DNA of 64,000 nt from Mobula hypostoma (Eukaryota). The position numbers and the translations under genes were made by a program. Location of the stretch: the NCBI RefSeq assembly GCF_963921235.1, contig NC_086097.1, positions 42,224,001-42,288,000 on the forward strand, written 5' to 3'. Positions 48,802-62,200 of the stretch are shown here, in pieces (position 1 is the first letter of the stretch; each line of letters starts with the position of its first letter). The notes beneath the pieces are model-generated. The model had not been told where the DNA came from and ran no database searches. It saw only the letters and a program-made list of their open reading frames with translations.

Positions 48802-50030
48802 CAGACATCCCACCTCTCCCGGAAGTTCCGGGAGTCTTCCGCATATTGATAGCGGCTCCCTGCTGCCCACAAGTTATATACAATATCCCGGAAATTGATT
48901 TACAGAGAGAGGCAGAGAGAGACAGAGAGACAGAGAGAGAGTGAATCCTGATTGGTCTCTCTTTGTGCTAAGTAGACCTATCAGTTTTCTCTGTGGGCGG
49001 GCTTTACTGTTGACCTCTCTCTCTCTTTCATTGTCCATCAGTCAGTTTAGTGTCCTGCAGCACCATGGGAGAGTGTTCCAAAAAAAATATATAAAATGTA
49101 CTTCACCCCAGACTACACTAAAGTGTACCCTGCCTAATAGGGTTCAAAAATAATGACAGTGTTGCTCACTGCACTGTTTGCAACAGTGACTTTTCTATTG
49201 CCCATGGTGGGTTAAATGACTGTAAAAGACATGTTGAGGTGAGTTGAACAGGTGTCAATGAGAGACCAGATCTTGAAAAATCTGTAATGGTCAATGCAGA
49301 GAGCCAGGATGAGGTGAATCCAGAGCAGATTTTGACTTTGGCAGAGAGATTTCCAAATGTGATCAAGGCAGATGTAAGAGAACAGCTCCACTTGGAAGTC
49401 CTGGATTATGTCTCAAGTAACCTTGAAGCACTGGTGCCAAACTACAGAAGTTTGCCAGTTGATGAGTTCTGGGGGAAGCTGTCCAAAGTAAAATCTGTGA
49501 GCACAGGGCAGTTGAGATTCAAAGAGCTCTGCCAGTTGATGAAGCTGCTTTTGCTGCTGCCAAATTCTCATTGTGATATGGAAAGGGCATTCAGCATGGT
49601 GCGTCACATTAAGACAGAATTCAGAAGTCAGCTATCTCACAAAACACTTGTCAATCTGATGTCTTGCAAAATTAACAAATTCATTGACACAGACTGCTAT
49701 GAGTTTGAGACTTCCAGCAAAATGCTCAAATCTGCCAAGCAAGCCTCATCACAGTAAAAGGAAAGTTTGCAAAAGAAATAAAAAAGCTATTTGCATTAGC
49801 ATTTAGCTATTAGCATTGAGACTGCCAACAAAATATTCAACAGGGAATACATGTGTGTGTGTAAATAGTTTCAATATGTGATCAAATAAATTGTTGTGTT
49901 CTTTCAAAATCAAATGTCCTGTATACATACACCCTTGGAGGTTGACCGGGGAGGGGGGGGAAATGGGGTTACGGTGGGTGGGGTGGTGGTGCTACCTCCC
50001 TGAAATGAGTTTTGCAGGGTGGGATGTCTG
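48802..50030 (+). mobile_element. Internally deleted hAT transposon
   Basis: 13-bp TIRs CAGACATCCCACC / GGTGGGATGTCTG; BED-type finger AHCTVCNSDFSIAHGGLNDCKRH at ~49164-49232; hAT dimerisation ORF 49287-49757. Confidence 0.88.
49287..49757 (+). CDS. hAT transposase C-terminal dimerisation domain fragment (156 aa)
   Basis: VDEFWGKL...RFKELCQLMKLLLLLPNSHCDMERAFSMVRHIKTEFRSQLSHKTLVNLM fits the hATC pattern FW..F..L..LP.S...ER.FS.....K...R..L. Confidence 0.75.
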   Translation: MVNAESQDEVNPEQILTLAERFPNVIKADVREQLHLEVLDYVSSNLEALVPNYRSLPVDEFWGKLSKVKSVSTGQLRFKELCQLMKLLLLLPNSHCDMERAFSMVRHIKTEFRSQLSHKTLVNLMSCKINKFIDTDCYEFETSSKMLKSAKQASSQ

Positions 50031-51852
50031 CAATGGTAAGTGATAGGTGAAATCGGGAGAGGGGGAGGGATGAAGTAAAGAGCTGGAAAGTCAATTGGTA
50101 GAAGAGATAAAGGGCTGGAGAAGGGGGAATCTGAGAGGAGAGGACAGAGACCATGGAAGAAATGGAAGGGAGTGGAGCACCAGAGGGAGGTGATGGGCAG
50201 GTATAGAGATAATGTGAGAGAGGGAAATGGGAATGGGAAATGATGAAGGAGAGCTTGGGGGGGGTGGGTCATTACCGGAGGTTCAGGAAATCAATTTTCA
50301 TGCCATCAGGTTAGAGGCTATCCAGATGGAATATAAGGTGTTGCTCCTCCAACCTGAGTGTGATCTCATCATAGCAGTAGAGGAAGCCATGGACTGACAT
50401 GTCAGAATGGGAATAGGAAGTGGAATTAAAGTGGGTGACCACTGGGAGATCCTGCTTTTTCTGGCCGACAGAGTGTAGGTGCTCGGCGAAGCGGCCTCCC
50501 AATCTACATAGGGTCTCACCAATATACAGCAGGCCACACCGGGAGCACTGGATACAATAGATAACCCCAACAACCTCACAGGTGAAGTATTGCCTCACCT
50601 GGAAGGACTGTTTGGGGCCCTTGAATGGTAGTGAGGGAGGAGGTGTAGGGGCAGGTGTAACACTTGTTCTGCTTACAAGGATAAGTGCCAGGAGGGAGAT
50701 CAGTGTATCTGTCGAAATTTGTAAAGTTTTAGATGACATGCCAAATCTTCACAAACTTCTAAGAAAGTAGAGGCACTGAGGTGCTTCTTTATCGTGGTAT
50801 TTGCATGCTGGACCCAGGACATATCCTCTGAAATTATACCACTAAGGTATTTAAATTTACTGACCCTCTCAAACCTCTGATACCCTGATGAGGACTGGCT
50901 CATGGACCTCCAGTTTCCTCCTCCTGAAGTCAGTAATCAGCTCTTTGGTGGTGCTGATGTTGAGTGAAAGGTTGTTGATGTGGCTCCATACATCCAGATT
51001 TTCAATCTCCCTCTTACTTGTTGATTTACCACCCTTTTGATTCAGCCTACAACGGTGGTGTCATAAGCAAATGTAAATAAGGCACTGGAGCTGTGCTTAA
51101 CCTCACAATCATTATTATAAAGCGAGTACAGCATGGGGTTAAGCACACAGTCATGTGCACCTACCTGTGTTGATGGTGACTGTCGAGAAGATGTTGTTGC
51201 CAATCCGAACCGACTGGGGTCTGCAAGTGCAGAAATCCAGGATCCAGTAGCACAAGGAGGTATTAAGGCCTAGGTCTTAGAGCCTGTTAATTAGTTTAGA
51301 GGAGATATTAGTGTTGAATGAAGAAATGTAGTCAATAAAGAGCATCCTGATGTGTGATTCTTCACTGTCTAAATGTTCCAGGGTTGAGTGAAGAGCCAAT
51401 GAAATGGCATCTGCTGTGGAGCTGTTGTGACGGCCGGTAAATTGGAGCGGACCCAAAGTCGCTCCTCAAGCAAGAGTTGACATGTTTCATGTCCAACCCC
51501 TCCAAGCACTTCATCAGAGTAATGTAAGTGCTACTGGATGAGAGTCTTTGAGGCAGGTTACCATGTTCTTCTTGGGTACTGGTATAACTGGAGCCTGCTT
51601 GAAGCAGGTGGATACCTCGGACAGGCAAAGCAAGATGTGAAAGATATCAATACACACTATAGCCATTTGATTAGCACAGCTACACTGTCTGAGATCCCCC
51701 TAAATGATGCTCTTGCATTGGCCTCAAAGACTGAGATCACAGGGTTGTCAGGGACTGTGGGAGTTTGTAAAGGTGACTCCACGTTCTGTCGGTCAAAGTG
51801 AACATAAAAGGCATTGAGCTCCTCTGGGGGCAAAACATTTTTGTCACATAAA

Positions 51853-52390
51853 ATACATTGTAAAAGTCTTTGCCATTTATGTGCTGCTAGGGTGACTAAG
51901 ACTTTTGCACAGTCCTGTGTGACATTACAGCATGTTACACCTGTATTTGTTGTGGAGAACAAGTTTCTAAATCTGGGATGGCGGGAATGGAGTGCCGCGG
52001 GAGGGGTGTGGGACAGGTGGCAGAGAAAGGGTGCCGGGGCAGAGGGTGGCGAGGATGCAGACACACCCAGCCCTGAGACACCAGGCAAGGTCATTTGTTT
52101 CCAAACAATTGGTTTGTTGATCATTACAGAATGTCTCTCTGGTGCTTCCCAGTCCCTCTGCTCTCCCTTCCCCTTTTCCCAACTATGATTCCCCTCTCCC
52201 TCCAACCCCCCCTTCCCACAATCAGTTCACAATAGAGACCCATATCAGAATCAGGTTTATCATCATGCACATCTCTCATAAAATTTATTTTATTTGTGGC
52301 AACAGTATAGTGCAATAGACAAAATTATCACAGTACTGTCATAGGCACCCGAGCTATGTATATGTGCCTAAGACTTTTGCACAGTACTGT
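51853..52390. mobile_element. Composite repeat: two tiny Tc1/mariner-like TIR modules flanking a GC-rich segment and a Rex1 tail
   Basis: CTAAGACTTTTGCACAGT at 51895-51912 and 52367-52384 (reverse complement of a CAGTACTGTGCAAAAGTCTTAG TIR); ATCAGAATCAGGTTTAT at 52244. Confidence 0.55.
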
Positions 52391-55159
52391 GTACAAAGTA
52401 AACTACAAAGTAAACTTTGTAGGAGCTGACGGTATTAAAGCCCTGCCACTGCCTATTGCGGTCTGATGCCAGCGAATTTTTTTTGGACAAGGAAGAGCTA
52501 CACAGACAAACCAACCTCAGTCAGAGGTGTTTGGCTTGTCTTGACAGTCCTTGTCAATGGTGCCAAGGTAGGAGTCTTGGGTGAGCAGTCAGCCAAGAGT
52601 GCATTAAAATATTTCCGGCCTCTAGGTTTACAAACAAGCAAACCACTCATCCCAATATTTTCACACCTTAGAGTTAAAATATCCTCTTAAATACTTTTCT
52701 CAAACTCTAAGTAGTAATTCTCAGTCTTCAGAGAAGATTATATTTCTCCCGTTCCAGTTGAATTCATTTGTTAAAGCGGAACAATTCATTGTGGTACCAC
52801 TCAGGAAAGGCCAGAGAGACTGATAAAGACTACAAGAACATTAGTAATTTTAGACAGCACAGGATTTATCTCAATAATATCACAATGTTGCAGACTTATG
52901 TATCAGAATTCATAATAGTTACAGCTTACATCTTCCTTGTGATTAAAGGCTTTTGGAAAGCCCAAGTGTACTCTGGGAGATGAATATGGATATTCTTGGA
53001 CTGGATTATTGTTATGGTATATGCATATAGAGTGAATTAAATTGTGGTTTCTAAATTACTTAGATGAAATATATTTCGACATGTAAATGAACTCAGTTGA
53101 CTATATCTCAGTTTGAGTAATTTTAACACCCTTGATTGAAAACTTACAGTCAATTGATATTAATCAAGGGGGCCACAAAATTTATTCCTGACAGATACTG
53201 AAATGTTTCCAAAATGGCATTAAATACATACATGAATACTTAAAATGAGGTTCACAGAGGACACTGTCTTGGTGGGAGTGTTGATATACCTGTACATGCT
53301 ACTCTCTATGAATGCAAAGTTGGGGGATTATGATCTCACTCAATCCACTGATTTGACACCACAACTACCATTTTGTATTTTGACATTAGCTCAACCTCCG
53401 GTTTAACTTCACGTGTTCAGCAGCAGGAAGAACACCCCGGAAGTATTTTTAAACAAGAATTATTTGCTAATTTAATATTAGCTTTTACTTAATCTTACTG
53501 TCCTTTTGCCATGATTGCACATGTGTGTGATGCTTTCTAGGCTACCTTGAAATAGTGAAAGAGTATAGCGATCAGTGCGCTGTGTGCTGAGGGAGTTTCT
53601 CCTGATTTCAGTGTTCCCAGTCTTGATGCATTAGTGAGCGTTCCCTTTGGAATGTAGCTTGTTCAGAAAGATGACCAGAGGGCACACAAAGCAGGACATA
53701 GAGGCAGCAGGTGGGGAGGACAAAGATGCTAAGTAGGAAGTCATATCTGATCAATGCGATCAAGGAGCAATATTCATTGGCCTCAGCAAAGTATCATGTA
53801 TAACTCCTCTAAGCTTCAATAAAAGGTCTTCATTGAAATCTGAGCAGTCAATTTGTCCATATTAGAGCTGAACAAGATTGCATTGTGACATGATGTCACT
53901 GTGGTGGTGAAGGACAGTCAACAACGGCAGCCTACAAAGATTTAGCAAGGATTCTGAGAATGTGTCATAAGGCAGACTGGCAAAGTACACATGACATCCA
54001 AGGAAGACTGGCATATTGGATCCACAACTGGCCCAGAGGTGGGAAACAAAATGTTTTAGTGAGTAGTTACAATTACCAGTCAAGTTCCACAGAACTCAGT
54101 CCTTCAGGACCTGTACCTTACTCAACCTAACAAGACCTTTGAAAATGTTGCTATTTACTGTGGCTCCTCATTCCCACTGCACTGTTGGAATGCTTGGCCA
54201 CTCCATCCCATTGTCATTGCTGGCTATACAAAAGTGTGGGAACCTGACTGCATGCATTAAAGTGGGAACAGCAAGAAAATTGGAAACAATTCTGTTTGAA
54301 TAAAAGTGTTTAAGGGATGGAACCCTTTAAAGTCACATGGGAGGTACGCTGTGGGCAATTTTCCAATACTGTCATTATAACCTCTCAACTTTCACTCATG
54401 GTTGAAATTTCTGATTAGGATTCAAATCAAAAGGAAAAGATCAAGATGAGGAATTCCAAAATTATGGGCATGGCCACCTACTTTCACAGCATAAAACCAA
54501 AGATCTAAGTAACTCCTGGCTCTTATTTGAAATAAAGTCTACAAATCAGTGATGAATGGATTCAGCTTTTCCCTCGTTTCATCACAGACTCAGGCACAAA
54601 TACAAAAATACCATAGTAAAACAAATGACTATAAATGGGATGTTTCTTTCCTACAAGAAGCCAGACGCCAGTTTATATTCTGCTTTGAAGGTATAATTGT
54701 TTGTGTTTCTACTATTTTAGCTAAACAACATGCTCTAGAGTTACTCTTAAAAAATATATTTTTCATTCTAACACTGTGAGTGTTTAAAAAGGCCCAAGTA
54801 TTGCCAGTATCACAAGATACCTATATCTCAATATTATTTTAGGAATGATTATGTGGATAAACATACTCAAGTAAAAGAGATTTTTTTTAAATTTCCAAGA
54901 TCTTTCTTCTTTTCCTATTTCTTTTTCTATTATACATTTATTTTTTATGAAATAATAACTATTACAATTTAGGATCTTCTCAAAATATCACCAAGACTTA
55001 CTTGAACAAGCCAATCGGCTTACAATGTGTAAGCTTCTATGTTGATGGTTTCCTACATGTCCCATTGCCTGAAACGTACACCTCACCTTAAAAGTCAGTC
55101 AGGTCGTATGATCTAGTCTTAAACCTAAGCCAAAATATCTAGGCCTTCTGGAAACATAA

Positions 55160-55400
55160 GTTGCTGGAATCAGGAGCAACAAACAATCTGCTGGAGGAAC
55201 TCAGTCAATTGTGCAGCATCAAGTTCACATAAGCTGCTCAACCAGCTGAGTTCCAACAGCAGGCTGTCTGTCGTTTAGCTCTTTTCCTTGGTAGGAAGAG
55301 CAAGTTAGCCTCTCCCAATAGATGCTGCCTGGCCTGCTGCGTTCACCAGCAACTTTTATGTGTGTTGCTTGAAATTTCAGCATCTGCAGATTTCCTTGTG
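55160..55400. mobile_element. Penelope-like terminal fragments (old fold-back 55160-55270; young 3' terminus 55318-55400)
   Basis: ATAGATGCTGCCTGGCCTGCTGCGTTCACCAGCAACTTT..GTTGCTTGAA..CAGCATCTGCAGA matches 47227-47280 and the reverse complement of 43530-43605. Confidence 0.75.
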
Positions 55401-56599
55401 TTAGGGCAAGTTAGCATGTGGTTTTGGAAGCCTGTAACTTGGTGTCACATTCTAACCAACATTATGACTGCTGCAGATAGGGAAAATGAATTGGACACCA
55501 CTTTAAAATACTTTTCAGAACCCTATCAATTGCATGTACCCTCGTGGACGACTGAGATGCGTGATAGGTTTATTAAAAGCTGGTGGCCCTATCCAAGAGA
55601 AGCCCTTGATTAAATTTTTACTTTCATTCTGCCATGCTGCTCTGATCTCACCCCACCCTGAGTTTAAAAGTTCTGCTCCGTGGCCCTGCAGGGATGTCAT
55701 AAACAAGAAATTGCCAGAGGCTGAAGTGCTTCTCCTGGTCCTCGTCTTCTCAGCCGCAGCTCCCTGATCAAACACAATGAGAAAATGGAATGGATCTCCA
55801 GGCTCTCAGAACATGAAAAGAAGCTGAAGGAACAGGTCATACTGCCTCTCATGCCTGCTCAGCCATTCATCTGGTCATGGCTGAACTTTCATCTCAGCAC
55901 CACTTTCTTCAGTAGCACTGCAGCATTTCATTCCCTTATTATCTAACAATCTATCGATCTTTGTCATGATTTCTCCTTATTTCTGACCTAACTTTCAGAA
56001 CTGCAGGCCCCCAGTCCCAGGCAGTGCAGCCAGGAGAAACATTAATTGCACATCTACCTTTGTATATTTCAATGAGATCACCTCTCTAACCTCCTGAAAG
56101 TACAGGTTGAATCTGTTTAATCTCTTCTATTCGACATACTTAGCATCCAGTGAACCTTTACTCTCTTTAGAATATGGATATCACTTCTTAACTAGGGAAA
56201 CCAGACCTAATGTTCCAGGCACAACCTCAGCAAGATCCTGTGGGATTAGTTCAAAATTCTCTATTTCCCTCTTACTCTACTGCTGGTGCTCACCATCTAC
56301 ATGAAGTCGGCTTTCTCCATTATTATCAATCTATTATTAATTGCTATTCTCAAGCTTTGAACATACCGAAACATTGTACAGCCATTGAAAAGGATATTGT
56401 GCTCAAAGCAAGCTCCCTCAAATGCGTAACAACTTAATAATTTACCAGCCCGGATCCGTGCACAGAATCTACAACATCCTCTGACTCAGACGCAGATGTG
56501 CTCCCAGCTGAGTTGCAGATGACAAAGCTATCAGAAATAATACGTACAAAATAACAAAGGTTTCATTTGTGAAACAGCTGGATTCCAACATCTGTACTC

Positions 56600-58035
56600 C
56601 CCATGGTAGATTCATTCAGAAGGTAAGGCGGCATAGGATCCAGGGAAACTTGCCTGTGTGAATTCAGAATTGGTTTGCCACAGAAGAAGGTTGCAGTTTG
56701 CAGATGACATGAAGGTTGGTGGTGTTGTGTGTAGTGTAAAAGGTTGTCATAAGTTATAAAGGAACATTGATAGGATGCAAAGCTGGGCTGGTGAACAAAG
56801 GCAGGTTACAGAGTTAATGGAAGGATTTATAACTGTATGGAGAAACGGAGGGATCTTGGGGTCCACACCCATAATCTCTCAAAGCTGCAGTACAAGTTTA
56901 TAGGGTGATTAAGAAGGCGTATGGTGCATTGCCCAGACCGAGGTCCTTTAACATCTGCCGGACGATGCGGAGGATGTTCTTCGAGTCTGTGGTGGCCGGT
57001 GTTATCATGTTTGCTGTTGTGTGCTGGGGCAGCAGACTGAGGGTAGCAGACACCAACAGGACCAACAAACTCATTCGTAAGGCCAGTGATGTTGTGGGGA
57101 TGGAACTGGACTCTCTGACGGTGGTGTCTGAAAAGAGGATGCTGTCCAAGTTGCATGCCATCTTGGTCAATGTCTCCCATCCACTACATAATGTACTGGT
57201 TGGGCACAAGAGTACATTCAGCCAGAGACTCATTCCACACTGAGCGTCATAGAAAGTCGTTCCTGCCTGTGGCCATCAAACTTTACAACTCTTCCCTTGG
57301 AGGGTCAGACACCCTGAGCCAATTTACATAATTTACATATTACTATTTAATTATTTATGGTTTTATTACTATTTAATTATTTATGGTGCAACCGTAATGA
57401 AAGCCAATTTCCCTCAGGATCAATAAAGTATGACTATGACTATTAGTCAGTGGACTGAATTCAAGAGCCATGGGGTAATGTTGCAACTTTATAAAACTCT
57501 TTTTAGATCACACTTGGAGTACTGTGTTCATTTCTGGCTATCTCTTTATAGGAAGGATGTGGAAGCCTTAGAGAGAGTGCAGAGAAAGTTTATCAGAACG
57601 CTGCCTGTATTAAAGAGTATATCTTATAAGGAGAGTTTTGGAGAGAAGGAGAATGAGAGGTGACTTGACCGAGGTGTTTAAGATGATAAAAGATATAGAT
57701 AGAATGGATAGCCTGAGACTTTTTTCCCAGGATGGAATGACTAACACAAGGGGGCATAATTTTAAGGTGTTAAGTGAAGAAAGTATGGGAGGAATGTTAG
57801 ATGTAATTTTTTTTTCCACGGAGAGTGATGAGTGCATAGACACACCGCCAGGGGTGGTGGTGGAGGCAGATACATATATTAGGGACTTCTAAGAGTCTCT
57901 TAGATAGGCACAAGGATGAATGATGAAAGAAAGGGCGATGTGGGAGAAAAGGGTTGGTTTAATCTTAGGTTAAAGGGTCAGCATAAGATTGTTGGCCGAA
58001 AGGCCTGTACTATGCTGTAGTGTTCCATGTTCTAT
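56600..58035 (+). mobile_element. CR1 LINE 3' part, interrupted by Rex1 at ~56936-57443
   Basis: TTTGCAGATGAC (FADD) at 56697; LYKTLFRSHLEYCV, RMRGDLTEVFK, TRGH; tail TTCCATGTTCTATG. Confidence 0.8.
56936..57443 (+). mobile_element. Rex1/Babar LINE 3' end with (TATGAC)n tail
   Basis: RSFNICRTMRRMFFESVVAGVIMFAVVCWG, SHPLH, KSFLPVAIKLYN; AATAAAGTATGACTATGACTAT. Confidence 0.85.
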
Positions 58036-58964
58036 GTTCCACATCTGAGGTGAGGATCGAACCTTCACTGCAGGCTGTGTGGAGGCGGTGCTAACTCCTA
58101 CACTACCTTGCACCCTATCCACACAGAAAACATTCTGTTCCAGAATTCAGTATAGTGCAACATTTCCTGAAATTGTTTGCTCATCAAAGCAGCAGTGCCC
58201 CTGCCTTTCACACAATCCCCCACATTGTCTTCCACACAGTGAATGTGAATGAGAAAATAAACCAACGACTTGCAGAGCATTCCCCAGGTGGCAAGGCTTT
58301 GGAGCTTCCAGCTGTCAGTCAAGCTAGAAACAAGGGACCCATCATACCTGGAAATTTCTATTTGGAGCAAATGGACCAGTAATAATTGTCATAATTATTT
58401 CTATTACCTCACTTGAGAGGCAGCTCCAAAATGCCTGGATAGATGTCTCCCTTGTCAAACCTGCAAAAAAAGTGGCAACCCTGGCAGCTGTGCCAATCAG
58501 CGAAGCTCTCAGAAGATCAGGTTTGCATAGATTATCCTCTTAGTAACCTAAGGCAGTAATCTGACAGTGCTCCCTGGCTGTATGGAATCTAGTACAAATT
58601 TTGGATAATCTCTTGTGTTCAGTCACACTTGTCATGTTCATAAGCATTCCCTAGCATTGTTGTGTCCTCTGGCTAATAAAGGCTTACAAAGATTTTAAAG
58701 CCATCCATCACAGTGACTTCAGTCATCGAGTCCACACTGGTAATAAAGCACCCATTTACTGTAGTCCCACACTCATCCCATTTGATCCCCTGCACATTCC
58801 CCTCAAACTGCCCCAGCTTCCATCACTCACTCAAACACAAGGAACAACTTACAGTGGCCAAATAATTGGCCAACATATATGATTTAGGAACGTGAGAGGA
58901 AACTGCAGTACCAGAAGGAATTATGGTTGTGGAGACAATATGCAAATCTACAAAGACATGACTA

Positions 58965-59250
58965 ACTCTGCCATGGACAGTCCCAAGCCTGGCTGTGAGA
59001 GAAGGAGGGTTGGGCATTGGGCTAGCAACCCCATCCCATAAAAATCCAGAGCGACAGAAATGTCAACAGAAGCTCCAAAGACCCCATCCCTCAGAGGAAG
59101 GATTTTTGCATATAAGACATATGAAGTTGTGTGGTGAAAGCAGAAGCCACAGGGAAGATCAGTCTTCTGTTGGCTCAGGACAGAGAACTCTGGTGAGCTG
59201 CTGTTGGCAGCTTCTGCCCCAGAAGAGCTGATGGTTTAAGAAGAGGAAGA
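58965..59250 (+). mobile_element. Short RTE-clade-derived element (5'-like segment joined to the ORF 3' end)
   Basis: GGAGGGTTGGGC..GGGCTAGCAACCCCATCCC..TAAAA motif; AQDRELW*AAVGSFCP (RTE C-terminal AQDR..W pattern); (AAG)-rich tail. Confidence 0.55.
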
Positions 59251-59259
59251 CAAAATTTC

Positions 59260-62200
59260 ATTGGGAGTGAGACACTGTTTTGAAGTAGCAAGTGACAGAG
59301 CAATATCCTGCAGGGCAGGAGCTATGTGAAAACTGAAAGCCTCGTCGAGAGTGAGTCACAGTTTGAGCCAATAAAAAGAAAGGAAGTTTTTGTTGGAGTG
59401 GGGCAGTGTTAGAGTGGTCCAGCTTTGGCTCAACAGGCTTCAGCAAGAACAGGTTTGGACAAGTGCAGGCGCAGGCTCTAAATAAGTTTCCAGTAAGTTT
59501 TTTTTTCCCTATTAGTACATAGCTTGTGCTCTGATAATTGGTCCAGAGCTAGTGATATAGTCCTTGGGTGAGATGTGGAAACTTTAGGAGACCTTCAGTC
59601 TCCCTGACAGCTGCATCTGCATGAAGTGCATAAGCTGCAGCTCCTTTGAGACTATGTTAAGGAACTGGAGCTGCAGCTTGATGACCTTTGGCTCACATAA
59701 CACAGAAGAATGAGGAGGTGATAGATAGGAGATACAGGGAGGTAGTTATTCCTAAGTTGCAGGAGATAGATACCTGGGTGAATTTCAGGAAAGGGAAAGG
59801 GAATAGGTAGCCAGTGCAGAATACCCCGGTGGCAATTCCCCTCAATAATAAGTATTCCACTTTGGATACTGTTGGGAGGGAATGACCTACAGGGAGAAGC
59901 CACAGCAAGCAGGTCTCTGGTACTGAGTCTGGCCTTGTGTCTCAGAAAAAATGGTGAACAGCCAGAGGTCGTGGTTCACGTCAGTAGCTATGACATGGGT
60001 AGGAGGGGTGACGAGGTCCTGAAAAGTGAGTTTAGGGAGTTAGGTGCCAAGTTGAAGGACAGGCCCTCCAGGATTGTGATCATGTAACCATGCCACATGC
60101 CAGTAAGGCCAGAAATAGGAAGATTAAGGAGTTGGTGCAGGAGGGAGGGCTTCATATTTTTGGGTCATCAGACTCTCTTCAAGGGAAGGTGGGACATCTA
60201 CAGAAGGGACGGTTTGCATCAGAACTGGAGAGGGACTAATATCGAAGTTGGAAGGTCTGCTAGTACAGTATGGGGGTCGGGGCTTAAACTAGAGTTGCAG
60301 CGGGATGGGAACCAACGTGCCAGAACAGATAGTGGACTGGGTGTGCAGAAAGATGTTTTTGAGCCTACATACTGTACAAGGTGAGGAATCAAAATACTGA
60401 TCATGGTGGGAATAATGCTCTGAGCTGTATATATTTCAATGCAAGGAGTATTGTAGAAAAGGTGGATGAGACTGGGGCATGGATCAGCACATGGAATTAT
60501 GATATTGTTGCCATTAGTGAGACTTGGTTGCAGGAGGGGCAGGACTGGCTGCTCAGTGTTCCAGGGTTTCATTGTTTTAGTGGTGATAGAGCAAGAGGCA
60601 TTAAAGGAGGACGGGTGGTGTTACTAGTCAGGTAAAATATCATGAGAGTGCTCAGTCAGAACAGTGTGGAGAGCTTGTCTAGTGGGTCTTTATGGGTAGA
60701 ACTGAGGAATAAGAATGGTATGACCAGGCTATTGGGATTATATTGTAGACCACCCATCAGTCCTCGGGATTTATAGAAGCAAATTTGGAGAGAGATCTCA
60801 GAATGTTGCAAGGAACATACAGTTGTGAGAGTAGGTGATTTTAACTTTCCACATATTGACTGGGACTCCTATACTGTAAAAGGACTGGATGGGATAGATT
60901 TTTTTCTTGTTTGTGGATGGGATAGAGTTTGTCAAATGTGTTTGGGAAAGTTTCCTTAATCAGTGGACAGAGGTCCCAACTAGAGAGAGTGCAATATTAG
61001 ATTTCCTATTAGGGAATGAGACAGAGCAGGTGACAAAAGTTTGTGTAGGGGAACACTTTGCCTCCAGTGATCATAATGTCATTAGTTTCAAGATAATTAT
61101 GGAAAAAGATGGGTCTGGTCTTCAGTTTGAGACTCTAAGTTGGAGAAAGGGCAATTTTGATGGTATCAGAAAGGATCTACAAGTGTGGATTGGGATAAGT
61201 TATTTATATGGACTGGGACAGGTTGTTTTCCGGCAAAGCTGTATTTGGTAGGTGGGAGACCTTCAAAAGTGAAAATTTGAGAGCACAGAGTTTGTACGTT
61301 CCAGTCAGATTAAAAAAAGGCAAGGATAGCAGATTTATGGATCCTTGTATTTTGAGAGATATTGAGGCCCTAATTGAGAAAAAGACTGAGGTGCATTGCA
61401 GGTATAGGCAGGCAGGAACGAATGAGGTAGATGAAGTGCATAAGAACACTTACAAAGGAAATCAGGAGGGCTAAAAATAGACATGAGATTGCTCAGCAGA
61501 CGAGGTAAGGGAGAATCCTAAGGGCGTCTACAGATATATTAAGAGCAAAAGGATAGCAAGGTACAAAATTGGCCCTCTGGAGATCAGAGTGGTAACCTAT
61601 GTATGCATGGAGCCAAAAGAGATGGGGGAGATCTTAAATGGATTTTTGGCATCTGTATTTACTCAGGAGATGGACGCAGAGTCTATAGATGTTAGGCAAC
61701 GCAGCAGCGAGATCATGGACCCTATACAGATTACAGCAGAAGAGGTATTTGCTGTCTTGTGGTGAATTGTGGTGGATAAATTCCCAGAGGCTGACAAGGT
61801 GATCCCTCAGATCCTCTGGAAGGCTAGTGCAGAAATTGCAGAGGCCCTAGCAGAGATATTTAAAATGTCCCTAGCCACGTGTGAGGTGCCATAGGATAGC
61901 TAATGCTGTTCCGTTGTTTAAGGAAGACTCTAAGAATAAGCCAGGAAATCACAGGCCATTGAGCCTGTCAACAGTAGTGGGAAAGTTATATAAGTATTTG
62001 GATAGACAAGGACTGATTAGGGATAATCAATATGGCTTTGTGCATGGTAAGCCATGTCTAACCAACCTTATAGAGTTTTTTGAGTTTCCAGGAAAGTTGA
62101 TGAAGGCAAGGCAGTGGATGATGTCTACATGGACTTTAGCAAGGCATTTGACAAGATCATTCTTGAGTTAAGAAGGTTTAGTTGCTTGGCATTGATGATG

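Larger units (their letters stand above)
48641..50705 (-). mobile_element. Older Penelope-like element 3' end (GIY-YIG and terminal repeat), split by a hAT at 48802-50030
   Basis: ORF 50311-50739 GVIYCIQCSRCGLLYIGET...RFAEH...LEEQHLIF; terminal repeat with a decayed hammerhead at 48702-48740 (CTGATGA kept, GAAA mutated). Confidence 0.85.
48407..51830 (-). mobile_element. Rex1-type LINE (tail 48407-48640, body 50705-51830) interrupted by an older PLE
   Basis: GTTCAAAGTTCAAAG tail; ERVSKFKYLSGIISEDMSW; LPEELNAFYVHFDRQN. Confidence 0.75.

Noticed and set aside
48794..50038. 8-bp TSD for the deleted hAT
   Set aside because: Flanks TACAATAA and CAATGGTA share only CAAT out of register; no clean TSD can be claimed
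55515..55775. Overlapping 77-86 aa ORFs in unique sequence
   Set aside because: No recognisable domain and no convincing splice-site pair
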